A stretch of DNA of 36,793 nucleotides from contig CAYVLB010000001.1 of the NCBI GenBank assembly GCA_964452325.1, positions 4,343 to 41,135 on the forward strand. The letters are read 5' to 3'. A program made the position numbers and the translations under genes. Below, in pieces: positions 18,863 through 27,252 of this stretch (within the stretch, counting starts at the first letter, position 1; the number at the start of each line of letters is the position of its first letter). This DNA is from an uncultured Sphingobacteriales bacterium (GTDB taxonomy: Bacteria > Bacteroidota > Bacteroidia > JAADEI01 > JALVCQ01). Under the pieces are notes generated by a model, which was given only the letters and a program-made list of their open reading frames with translations, had not been told where the DNA came from and made no database searches.

Positions 18863-19694
18863 AGCGATTGGCTGCAAATAGATGTAGGAACGCAACTACC
18901 TTGCAATGCTGAGGATTCCATTCCGGCAGCATTGATAGGAGAAATTCTTTTTCTCGGACACGATTTTTTTCAGGTTGATCATACCACAATTCGCCATTCC
19001 ACGGAGTCAGCATGGCACGAAACGTAGCTCTCAGATGATAGGCAGAATCGATATATGTGGGATACTTTTGCTTGACCACCAAATCATCTTCAATCAAAGC
19101 AATACTCAAATACACCCGTTCAGGCACCGATTGGACAAATCGGGTGTAAAGCCGTACCCGAAAACGCTCCTCCGACTCTGTACTAACAAATATGTGCATG
19201 GCCACAGGCGCATCGACCTTCATCCGTTCCTGCACGTATGATCCCCAGCGAGCCGATTGAGGGGATCCCACCTCATCCTCATCAGGGAATCGAACCCGAT
19301 CTACCACTCCTACTGGTAAAGATCCTCCCGTCCAGAACTGTTCATACAAGAACTTACCTTCCTCGGTGCGCAGGTCTGGATCACCTGGGAATGGAGCTCC
19401 CAGTATATCATGCACATGATACGCAATCACAGCCAGTCGTGGTCCATAAATAGAGTCTAATTGATGAACCCGATCCGTAGCCTGCGGACAGGTAACGCAT
19501 TTAACACCCGTAAACTCTTCTAAAAGCACTGTTCGCGCAGGGGCTACTGTATCACCACTCATTAGGTAGGTCGTATCGATCAAGGACGAATCGGTCGGCG
19601 GTGGCGTCAGTTCAATCGGCGGGGGCACTTCCGTACATGATACGCCCATAACTAATATCCCTCCTATTCCTATTCCAATTCCCAACCATCGCAT
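18822..19694 (-). CDS. Omp28-related outer-membrane lipoprotein (thioredoxin-like CxxC)
   Basis: MRWLGIGIGIGGILVMGVSC is a lipoprotein signal. VLLEEFTGVKCVTCPQA matches the EEFTGxxCxxCP motif typical of Omp28-related Bacteroidota proteins. The track start is TTG 19700, so I chose ATG 19694. Confidence 0.6.
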   Translation of the reverse strand: MRWLGIGIGIGGILVMGVSCTEVPPPIELTPPPTDSSLIDTTYLMSGDTVAPARTVLLEEFTGVKCVTCPQATDRVHQLDSIYGPRLAVIAYHVHDILGAPFPGDPDLRTEEGKFLYEQFWTGGSLPVGVVDRVRFPDEDEVGSPQSARWGSYVQERMKVDAPVAMHIFVSTESEERFRVRLYTRFVQSVPERVYLSIALIEDDLVVKQKYPTYIDSAYHLRATFRAMLTPWNGELWYDQPEKNRVREKEFLLSMLPEWNPQHCKVVAFLHLFAANRYEVLQAVEVPLLP

Positions 19695-19720
19695 AGGCAA
19701 GCCAATTTACGATTATTGGG

Positions 19721-19728
19721 CAAACTTA
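19721..19728 (-). promoter_or_regulatory. Putative -7 box (TAAGTTTG) for the Omp28-like gene
   Basis: The minus strand reads TAAGTTTG, 26 nt upstream of ATG 19694 and directly downstream of the hairpin at 19733-19749. Confidence 0.4.
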
Positions 19729-19732
19729 CAGA

Positions 19733-19749
19733 ACCCTCCCCCGGAGGGT
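19733..19749 (-). terminator. Weak terminator-like hairpin after the 209-aa lipoprotein gene
   Basis: accctcc-ccc-ggagggt forms a 7-bp stem with a 3-nt loop. It lies 25 nt past the stop at 19774. On the minus strand it is followed by TCTGTAAGTTTG, which is only moderately T-rich. Confidence 0.3.
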
Positions 19750-19773
19750 GCAGCCAACGTGGCATCACAGCAC

Positions 19774-20403
19774 CTATGGCGACCATGCATCTCGAATAAT
19801 CGCCAACAGTGAATCGTCCTGCCATACAATCCGTAAGGCTAACCAATCCATGCGTCCATATTGTTCGGTACCCGGCAAGCAGTAATTGACAAAATGAACT
19901 GAATCTCCCCATATCTCGCGAATATTATTGATGGTATTGCCCAAACACTCGGAAGGTATCAAGTCGTAGGTTCGGATACCTTGATGCCACGGCTTCGCTA
20001 AAAACCGAATAAAGAAAGTATCGGGGACATAGTTCATCGAATCACCAGAGCCGTGTGCAAAGCCAAATAAATACGCATGTGTATCTTTCCATTGCGCAGG
20101 CGTCAGCTGGAGGTCCGAAGAATCGATATACCCATCCGGTGATATCACCACTGGATAGTCGGGTAGTGCTGTCACGAATAGTTCAAAGTCGGCTTCCACA
20201 AGTGCCTCAAACAGTCGACCACTGTCCCATTGAGATGGGGGCGGTTGTTGAGGATAGGGAGTTTTGATCCAATGTCCCGACGCTGCCTGCAATGGTATTG
20301 AGTCATTCGATGCGTGATCTGCAGGGCGTTGCATCGCTCCACAAGACATCATCAGCAAGCTGATGGCCATAATTGTCGGCACAATATAGGGGAAAAACAT
20401 CAT
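19774..20403 (-). CDS. Hypothetical lipoprotein, translationally coupled to yhhQ
   Basis: MMFFPYIVPTIMAISLLMMSCGA is a signal with a Cys. I recognise no domain. Its ATG overlaps the yhhQ TGA (ATGA at 20400-20403). Confidence 0.55.
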   Translation of the reverse strand: MMFFPYIVPTIMAISLLMMSCGAMQRPADHASNDSIPLQAASGHWIKTPYPQQPPPSQWDSGRLFEALVEADFELFVTALPDYPVVISPDGYIDSSDLQLTPAQWKDTHAYLFGFAHGSGDSMNYVPDTFFIRFLAKPWHQGIRTYDLIPSECLGNTINNIREIWGDSVHFVNYCLPGTEQYGRMDWLALRIVWQDDSLLAIIRDAWSP

Positions 20404-21197
20404 CCAAAGCTTTCTGAATGGGCACGTTGGCGTAGGCGAGCTGATCGTTCAACTCCCAAGTAGGCATCAATGGCCCAGTGTCCTAAATAAATCAATGGTG
20501 TTAATAACACTGCCGCAACCACTTTGTAAATGTAATTCACACTTGAAATCGCCAATACCGTTTTCAAGTCCCATCCCGCTCCAACATAAAAGGCAATGAA
20601 TATAACTACGAAGCTGTCAATAAGTTGGGAAACAAATGTTGACCCGGTGGCCCGCAACCAGATAAACTGTTCACCCGTCCGATGCTTAAGCAGGTGAAAG
20701 GTAAACGCATCCACCAATTGTCCTATCAAAAAGGCGATCAACGATCCCACAATAATCCAGGCGCCTTGTCCAAAAATGATCCGATAAGCCGCATTGAGTG
20801 GCACTGTCCCTTCGGACGTTTCCCTTACTTGCCAAAAATCGGCAGGCATCACCCATATTGCTAACCAAACTACCAGATATGCATAGGCAATCACTGCCGC
20901 TGCTGTCCATGAAAGTAGCTTTACTCCCCGAATGCCGTAATATTCATTGACAATATCTGTCATGACAAACACGATTGGCCATATCAGCACCCCTGCCGTC
21001 ATATTAAGGGAAAGGCCCGATACCCCGAACAACGTCCAGTTCAGCGGATCCAACCCAAAGGTCCGTTCCACTGAAAAAATTTTCACCCCGATAAACTCTG
21101 CCAGCAAAGCATTGCCCACAAAAAACGCCCCCATCGCCACCAACAACCGAGACTCTTTTGTTCCCCATCCTGCCGTCACCGATGAAGACATCATCAA
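20400..21197 (-). CDS. yhhQ: Queuosine-precursor transporter (YhhQ/DUF165, VUT family)
   Basis: It is a polytopic membrane protein. Characteristic motifs of YhhQ-type proteins are present: LIWPIVFVMTDIVNEYYG, FLIGQLVDAFTF, ATGSTFVSQLIDSFVVIFIAF. Confidence 0.8.
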   Translation of the reverse strand: MMMSSSVTAGWGTKESRLLVAMGAFFVGNALLAEFIGVKIFSVERTFGLDPLNWTLFGVSGLSLNMTAGVLIWPIVFVMTDIVNEYYGIRGVKLLSWTAAAVIAYAYLVVWLAIWVMPADFWQVRETSEGTVPLNAAYRIIFGQGAWIIVGSLIAFLIGQLVDAFTFHLLKHRTGEQFIWLRATGSTFVSQLIDSFVVIFIAFYVGAGWDLKTVLAISSVNYIYKVVAAVLLTPLIYLGHWAIDAYLGVERSARLRQRAHSESFG

Positions 21198-21230
21198 AAC
21201 GATGAACTAAAACGTGCGAAGGTACAACAC

Positions 21231-22298
21231 CTAACCATCATCACCCGATGATCGGGTAATCTCGGCTTCCAGTAACTGATGCCGATGCTTTTTCAACAAA
21301 TAAAAATCAATCATCCCCCGTAAGTAACCCCACCCATAGGCCGTATGAATTATCAGGAACACGACCCATAGATAAGGCCAGAGTTTCCATCGACCTTTCT
21401 GCCAGGCAATGTGTCCCGACACCCCAGCATTCACCAATGAATGCAAAGCCAATATTGCCACGCTTATCCTCATTAAAGGCCAATATGCCAATGCTGCCAT
21501 CAACGGGAACAATAGACCCAGCACGAAAAATGCCGGTACAAATTGGCGCCATGTAGCGGGGCGTCCTACCTTGAGGCTCACCAATGGTTTGAAATAACCA
21601 TACTGGTAGAACATACGGGCAACATCCACCAGATTTTTACGGGCATAATATCGAATACGCAGCCAAGGCAATAGGAATATTTTCCCACCCGACCGAATGA
21701 GGCGTGCATTCAATTCATCGTCTTGGTTGCGTATCAGATCTTCATCATACCAACCAATCCGATCAAAAACGGATCTTGGATAACAGCCAAAGGGAACAGT
21801 ATCAACCAGGAGGGGCTTTTTGTAATCCCCACTTGCAATACGAAAATGAGCATTACCTACACCAAAGGGATGGCTGGTAGCCAGGGCAATAGCATGGGCC
21901 CAAAGAGTATCGGCACCTGGAAGGGTTTGCAGCACGCCTCCCACATTGTCCGCACCCAGTTCTTGAAGGCAGCGCACCAATATCTCCACATAATCCGATG
22001 GATAGTCGGCATGAGCATCCATTCGAATAATCACCGCACCCTTAGCTGCCCGAATACCTCGATTCATTGCATGCGGCACATAGCGTTCGGGATTGTGGAG
22101 CAATCGAATCCACGGATAACGCCGATGATAACCTTTCACCACTTCAGGAGTACGATCATCACTATCACCATCAACCACCAACACTTCCAAAGCGTCATGC
22201 GGGTAGGTCTGTCGCACAACACTTTCCAATAGGGAGCCAATGTAAGTCGCTTCATTACGACAAGGAATGACTATGCTAACCAAAGGAATCGGTGCCAT
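21231..22298 (-). CDS. Family-2 glycosyltransferase with C-terminal transmembrane segments
   Basis: Supporting motifs: VSIVIPCRNEATYIGSLLESV, EVLVVDGDSDDRT, RMDAHADY, a QDDELN-like acceptor region, then three hydrophobic helices. The track start is TTG 22337, so I chose ATG 22298 (MAPIPLVSIVIP). Confidence 0.8.
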   Translation of the reverse strand: MAPIPLVSIVIPCRNEATYIGSLLESVVRQTYPHDALEVLVVDGDSDDRTPEVVKGYHRRYPWIRLLHNPERYVPHAMNRGIRAAKGAVIIRMDAHADYPSDYVEILVRCLQELGADNVGGVLQTLPGADTLWAHAIALATSHPFGVGNAHFRIASGDYKKPLLVDTVPFGCYPRSVFDRIGWYDEDLIRNQDDELNARLIRSGGKIFLLPWLRIRYYARKNLVDVARMFYQYGYFKPLVSLKVGRPATWRQFVPAFFVLGLLFPLMAALAYWPLMRISVAILALHSLVNAGVSGHIAWQKGRWKLWPYLWVVFLIIHTAYGWGYLRGMIDFYLLKKHRHQLLEAEITRSSGDDG

Positions 22299-22356
22299 TG
22301 CATCGACATTTCCAAGGACAATAATAGGGTGTTCCAACCATCGACATATGATACGC

Positions 22357-22364
22357 TAAATTTG
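22357..22364 (+). promoter_or_regulatory. Putative -7 box (TAAATTTG) for the aminotransferase / sugar transferase / dehydratase operon
   Basis: Matches TAnnTTTG and lies 46 nt upstream of ATG 22411, in the 112-bp divergent region shared with the GT2 gene. Confidence 0.35.
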
Positions 22365-22410
22365 CTCGTTTACAACGGTTTCTTTCTGAAAATATCTCTA
22401 CTTAATTAAG

Positions 22411-23562
22411 ATGATGCAGATTCCATTTCATCGCCCCTTCATTGACAACGCCGAGATTGAAGGAGTAGTTGACAGTCTTCGGCAGGGATGGTTGACCATG
22501 GGTCCCAAAACCATTGAGTTTGAACAACGCTTTGGCCAATACGTCAAGGCACCCCACGCAGTGGCCGTTAATTCATGTACAGCTGCTCTCCATTTGGCAT
22601 TGAAAGCGATTGGACTCCGCCGAGGTGATCATGTATTGGTACCTACCACTACTTTTGTGGCTTCAGTGGAGGTGGTCGGCTATTTCGATGCCCATCCGAT
22701 ATTGGTCGATATCGAACCAGATACGCACCTGATGGATGTCCGCAAGATCGAGGAAAAAATCACTGACCGCACAGTGGCCATCATGCCTGTCCATTATGGT
22801 GGTCAACCGTGCGATATGGATGCAATTATGGAATTAGCCAAAGCCTACAACTTAGCCGTTATTGAAGATGCTGCCCACGCACTCCCCGCACAGTATAAAG
22901 GGCAAATGATCGGCAACATTGGACATATCACTGCTTTCAGCTTTTATGCCACCAAAACCCTAGCCACAGGAGAAGGAGGTATGGCCACCACTGCCAACGA
23001 TGAATGGGCAGAACAGATGCGTATCTTGCGACTCCACGGCATCAGCAAGGATGCATGGAAACGATACACATCGGCTGGATCGTGGCAATACGATGTGATT
23101 GAGAATGGCTTCAAATACAACACCACCGACCTCAACGCTGCCCTGGGGCTAGCACAGCTCGACAAGGTGGAATGGATGTGGAACGAGCGGCAACGCATCG
23201 CCCAACAATATCATGAAGCATTTGCCAACGAGGATGCCCTCCACCTCTACCACGTCAAACCCGATCGCACTTCCGCATGGCATCTCTACCCCTTACGTCT
23301 CCGACTGGAAGCCCTTCGCATCGATCGCGATACCTTCGCCCAGCTGCTCAAAAAACAAGGAATTGGTATTAGCGTGCATTTCATCCCCATCTATCGCTTT
23401 GCGTATTACCGGCGTCGTGGCTATTCCGCCCAAGGTTACGAACAATCCGAATGGGTATTTCACCGGAATCTTTCCCTGCCCATTTTCCCCGGAATGACCA
23501 ACGAAGAAATAAGCTATGTCATTGATAATGTACGAGCACTCCTTCGCCGATATCGCAGATAA
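22411..23562 (+). CDS. DegT/DnrJ/EryC1/StrS-family PLP-dependent sugar aminotransferase (PglE/WecE-like)
   Basis: Supporting motifs: WLTMGPKTIEFEQRF, AVNSCTAALHLAL, IEDAAHALPA, and FSFYATKTLATGEGG with the PLP lysine. Confidence 0.88.
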   Translation: MMQIPFHRPFIDNAEIEGVVDSLRQGWLTMGPKTIEFEQRFGQYVKAPHAVAVNSCTAALHLALKAIGLRRGDHVLVPTTTFVASVEVVGYFDAHPILVDIEPDTHLMDVRKIEEKITDRTVAIMPVHYGGQPCDMDAIMELAKAYNLAVIEDAAHALPAQYKGQMIGNIGHITAFSFYATKTLATGEGGMATTANDEWAEQMRILRLHGISKDAWKRYTSAGSWQYDVIENGFKYNTTDLNAALGLAQLDKVEWMWNERQRIAQQYHEAFANEDALHLYHVKPDRTSAWHLYPLRLRLEALRIDRDTFAQLLKKQGIGISVHFIPIYRFAYYRRRGYSAQGYEQSEWVFHRNLSLPIFPGMTNEEISYVIDNVRALLRRYRR

Positions 23563-23581
23563 CTTGCAACAGCCAATCCAC

Positions 23582-24181
23582 ATGAAATACCGTAACTTCG
23601 GCAAAAGGGTATTTGACCTTATAGCATCTGCGATGGGCCTGATACTAGTGTCGCCACTGATGCTGTTAATTGCCCTGCTTATCAAGCTCCACGATGGGGG
23701 ACCCATCTTCTTTCTCCAAGAACGCATTGGACGATACGGTAAACCTTTTCGCATTTACAAATTCCGAACAATGGTAACCAATGCCGAACAGCGGGGACCT
23801 AGCCTCACCACTTCCAATGACCCGCGCATTACACCAATCGGGCGTTTGCTCCGTAAATACAAATTGGACGAACTCCCCCAATTGATTAATGTGCTCAAGG
23901 GAGAAATGAGCCTGGTAGGGCCGCGCCCTGAAATACGACGATATGTGGAAATGTTTGCCAATGAATATCAACAAATCCTCCAAATACGACCGGGTATCAC
24001 CGACTTTGCATCCATTCAATATCGCAACGAAAACGAATTGTTAGCCAACACAGATAATGCAGAACACACATATGTATCTGTTATTATGCCCCATAAAATC
24101 CAATTAGCCCAAGAATATCTGCAGAACATTAACTTAATCACCGACTTAAAGGTAATTATGAAAACCCTATTCAATAGGTAA
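23582..24181 (+). CDS. Initiating polyprenyl-phosphate sugar-phosphate transferase (small PglC/WbaP-C-type bacterial sugar transferase)
   Basis: Supporting motifs: KRVFDLIASAMGLILVSPLMLLIALLIKLHDGGPIFFLQERIG, FRIYKFRTM, DELPQLINVLKGEMSLVGPRP. I chose ATG 23582; the track ORF begins at 23516 inside the upstream gene. Confidence 0.88.
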   Translation: MKYRNFGKRVFDLIASAMGLILVSPLMLLIALLIKLHDGGPIFFLQERIGRYGKPFRIYKFRTMVTNAEQRGPSLTTSNDPRITPIGRLLRKYKLDELPQLINVLKGEMSLVGPRPEIRRYVEMFANEYQQILQIRPGITDFASIQYRNENELLANTDNAEHTYVSVIMPHKIQLAQEYLQNINLITDLKVIMKTLFNR

Positions 24182-24185
24182 GATA

Positions 24186-26078
24186 ATGACAATAATGAAA
24201 TCAGCCCTGCTTCGTCCAACCAAACGAAAACGAATACTTTTCTTTTTGCTCACTGACATCATTATTTTCACAGCAAGCCTGTACGCATCGTTTCATCTAT
24301 GGTTGAATTTTACTCACCTCAATGTTCCCAATGAAGTATTCACTCATTGGACCATCGGATCGCTTCTCATCAAGATAACAACCTTCTGGATATGGGGTAT
24401 CTATCGATTTACATGGCGATTCATCGGGATGGTAGAAATGTTTAAGTCGGTACTGGCACTGGCCACGGCCAACGGACTTGCCATTATTATAAATGCCTAC
24501 CTTCAACAAAACAGCCCTTCCGCTTCCTTGCCATTAAATGTCCTCCTCATTGATTACATGATCTCATTACATGGTGTATTGGCAACTCGATCCATGAAAC
24601 GCATTTATCTGGAACTGTTCCGCCGTCATGCCCACACCAAACGCACCCTTATTGTGGGGGCAGGGAATACCGCCGAACGAATTGCCCGGGAGCTAAGCCG
24701 TGGACGGGAATACCGACCCGTTTGCTTCGTCGATGATGACCCCCATAAAGTCGGCACCACCATCCATAACGTCAAAGTACGGGGCAGACTCGAAGATCTC
24801 CCACAACTGCTCCTTACTTGCCGCATCGAAGCAGTGATCATCGCCCTGCCTCACCTACCGGCATCTAAGATACGGCACCTATTTAACATCGCATCGGATG
24901 CAGGTATCCGAGACATTAAAATCATCCCCAGCATTACCAAAATGAACAACCCGGATATCGTATCGGCCAAAGACTTGCGCGACTTATCCCCCAAAGACCT
25001 ACTAGCCCGCGAAACCGTCAGCATCGAAATGGATAAAGTATGTGAGTTTATTAAAGGAAAAACTGTCCTTGTTACAGGAGCTGGCGGATCAATCGGATCG
25101 GAAATTGTGCGTCAACTGGATCGATTTGCTCCCCAAAAGATTGTGGCACTTGAAATCGACGACACCGAACTCCACCAACTCTCTATCGAAATCCAACGTA
25201 TTCACCAATGTACCGAAAGCCAATGCCCCAAATTTGTCCCGGTGATTGCCGACATCAAGGATACCCACAAACTCCAACGCGTATTCGAACAATATCATCC
25301 CCACATCGTTTTTCATGCTGCAGCCTATAAGCACGTCCCGCTCATCGAATCATTCCCTGAAGAAGCTGTCAAAGTCAACATATTGGGCACATACCACTTA
25401 GCCCATACCTCCATCCAGCACGGCGTGGAAAAATTCATTAACATTTCGACCGACAAAGCAGTCAACCCCACAAGCGTCATGGGGGCTACCAAGCGAATGG
25501 CTGAAGTGATATGCAGCACCCTCAACAACAATGAAAAGACGCGCTTTATATCGGTTCGCTTTGGCAATGTGTTGGGAACACGGGGTAGTGTAATCCCCCT
25601 ATTTTTAGAACAAATTCGACGCGGCGGGCCTATCACCGTTACACACCCGCAGATGAAACGATATTTTATGACCGTTCAAGAAGCAGTATTATTGGTCTTA
25701 CAGGCAGCCGCTATCGGCAACGGCGGAGAAGTCTTTGTATTGGACATGGGAGAACCCGTCAAAATCCTCAAGCTCACCGAACAACTCATCAAACTGGCAG
25801 GACTTGAGCCTTACAAAGACATTGAAATCCAATTCACCGGCCTACGTCCTGGCGAAAAACTGTTCGAAGAGTTGCTCACTGCCGAAGAAGGTACCGAAAA
25901 AACATACCATCAAAAAATCTACGTCGCACGCACCTCCCAAAAAGTATCTAGTGCCCAGCTGGAAGAAATCCTTGCCCAATTTAATCACCTATCCCAAAAC
26001 GGATCCCTTGACCGACTCAAACAACTCCTCCAACAATACGTACCATTTTATCACCAGACCCCGCATTCGACAACGTAG
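24186..26078 (+). CDS. Membrane-anchored polysaccharide biosynthesis NDP-sugar 4,6-dehydratase/epimerase (CapD/PglF/WbpM-like)
   Basis: It has four N-terminal TM helices, a first Rossmann-like region (LIVGAGNTAERI), SDR motifs VLVTGAGGSIGSEI and AAAYKHVP, and FGNVLGTRGSVIPLF. Confidence 0.88.
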   Translation: MTIMKSALLRPTKRKRILFFLLTDIIIFTASLYASFHLWLNFTHLNVPNEVFTHWTIGSLLIKITTFWIWGIYRFTWRFIGMVEMFKSVLALATANGLAIIINAYLQQNSPSASLPLNVLLIDYMISLHGVLATRSMKRIYLELFRRHAHTKRTLIVGAGNTAERIARELSRGREYRPVCFVDDDPHKVGTTIHNVKVRGRLEDLPQLLLTCRIEAVIIALPHLPASKIRHLFNIASDAGIRDIKIIPSITKMNNPDIVSAKDLRDLSPKDLLARETVSIEMDKVCEFIKGKTVLVTGAGGSIGSEIVRQLDRFAPQKIVALEIDDTELHQLSIEIQRIHQCTESQCPKFVPVIADIKDTHKLQRVFEQYHPHIVFHAAAYKHVPLIESFPEEAVKVNILGTYHLAHTSIQHGVEKFINISTDKAVNPTSVMGATKRMAEVICSTLNNNEKTRFISVRFGNVLGTRGSVIPLFLEQIRRGGPITVTHPQMKRYFMTVQEAVLLVLQAAAIGNGGEVFVLDMGEPVKILKLTEQLIKLAGLEPYKDIEIQFTGLRPGEKLFEELLTAEEGTEKTYHQKIYVARTSQKVSSAQLEEILAQFNHLSQNGSLDRLKQLLQQYVPFYHQTPHSTT

Positions 26079-26094
26079 GCAGATGAATGGCTGC

Positions 26095-27210
26095 TCACCG
26101 TTGCCATTGTTTTCGGACGCTACTCCGCCCATCCCATAAAATGTGAAGGCGGATGTGCCGTTGCCAACCCATCCCCCCATCGGCACGACCGGCAACATCA
26201 AACCACTCTCCTGACGGAAAACCTTCCTTCATTTGCAACAACGGACGAAGACCCGCCACCGGACACAGTGCCAAACTGTCCAACACCTGAAAACGAATCC
26301 ATTCCATTCGAGATGCTACCGAATCTCCCGGACATGCCGTCGCACACCCCAACCGGTGGGGCGCAATCACCGGAAGCCAAGTAGCAGTAGGGCTCCCCGG
26401 TGGATGCAATAAACTATCCACCGGGGAAAGCCCCTCCTTGTGAAGCTTCCAGGTCAACAAACGCAACAATGTTGAAATGGCTGCCGAACTCGGAGGTTGC
26501 ATCTGGTAATGCCCCAACAAACACACCCCCATCGTATAACTGTTCTTACCACAGAAATGGGCCCCCTTAATGCGGTCAGGAGCTGCCACCCCCTGTGGAT
26601 CACGCGCCTGATAAAGCACACCAGCCGGATCAATAACAAAGTTATACCCAATGTCATCCCACTTCCGTATGTCTGTATGAAACAAATAAATCGCCCGAAT
26701 CATCTTGACATAGTCAGAATCCGACAACACGGACGCAGAATGATGCACAATTACATGATGCGTTGGCGTTGCCACCGGCTTGGTTGTAGGCGGGCTCAAG
26801 CCAGCACGCCATTGCGACGGAGCAATCCACGACGGCGAATCACACGGCCCCCCTGCCCCTGAGCCCGAAGTCACGACAGGAGCTGATAATGGCGGCACAT
26901 AAAGGAAGTAAAGAACCGTCGACGGCGACGAATGCACCTCGATCATATCTACCCCCTCCCGAATAAACACAGGAAAGGTAAAACGGGATACCTCACCCTC
27001 CACCGGTTCATCCCAAACCAATCGAACAGTATCCATAGCTTCCACCACATATGGACTAACATCAGCCCGCGGAGCTTCAAGAACAATTGCTAATGGACGA
27101 AGCGCAGGAACTGCTAACTGACGCCTTTCCGTCTTCAAAGGTACCTTCCTTACTACTTGGGCATGCACACTCAAAAATATCCCCCACCCCAATGCCATCC
27201 ACCAGCGCAT
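26095..27210 (-). CDS. Secreted N-acetylmuramoyl-L-alanine amidase (Amidase_2 / PGRP fold) with an uncharacterised N-terminal region
   Basis: MRWWMALGWGIFLSVHAQ is a signal peptide. HHVIVHHSAS, DIGYNFVIDPAGVLYQ, GAHF... and HRLGCATACPGD fit the zinc-binding pattern of T7-lysozyme/PGRP amidases. The track start is GTG 27231, so I chose ATG 27210. Confidence 0.78.
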   Translation of the reverse strand: MRWWMALGWGIFLSVHAQVVRKVPLKTERRQLAVPALRPLAIVLEAPRADVSPYVVEAMDTVRLVWDEPVEGEVSRFTFPVFIREGVDMIEVHSSPSTVLYFLYVPPLSAPVVTSGSGAGGPCDSPSWIAPSQWRAGLSPPTTKPVATPTHHVIVHHSASVLSDSDYVKMIRAIYLFHTDIRKWDDIGYNFVIDPAGVLYQARDPQGVAAPDRIKGAHFCGKNSYTMGVCLLGHYQMQPPSSAAISTLLRLLTWKLHKEGLSPVDSLLHPPGSPTATWLPVIAPHRLGCATACPGDSVASRMEWIRFQVLDSLALCPVAGLRPLLQMKEGFPSGEWFDVAGRADGGMGWQRHIRLHILWDGRSSVRKQWQR

Positions 27211-27218
27211 AGAAACAT

Positions 27219-27226
27219 TACTTTTG
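27219..27226 (+). promoter_or_regulatory. Putative -7 box (TACTTTTG) for tdh-folB
   Basis: Matches TAnnTTTG and lies 26 nt upstream of ATG 27253. Confidence 0.4.
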
Positions 27227-27235
27227 CTCACTATG

Positions 27236-27243
27236 CAAACCTA
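27236..27243 (-). promoter_or_regulatory. Putative -7 box (TAGGTTTG) for the amidase gene
   Basis: The minus strand reads TAGGTTTG, 25 nt upstream of ATG 27210. It lies downstream of the oppositely oriented tdh box, so the two promoters interdigitate. Confidence 0.4.
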
Positions 27244-27252
27244 CCACTTTCG

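Noticed and set aside
21198-21240. I looked for a preQ1 riboswitch in front of yhhQ.
   Set aside because: Only 33 nt separate yhhQ from the upstream GT2 stop. The sequence lacks the preQ1-I stem-loop followed by an A-rich tail.
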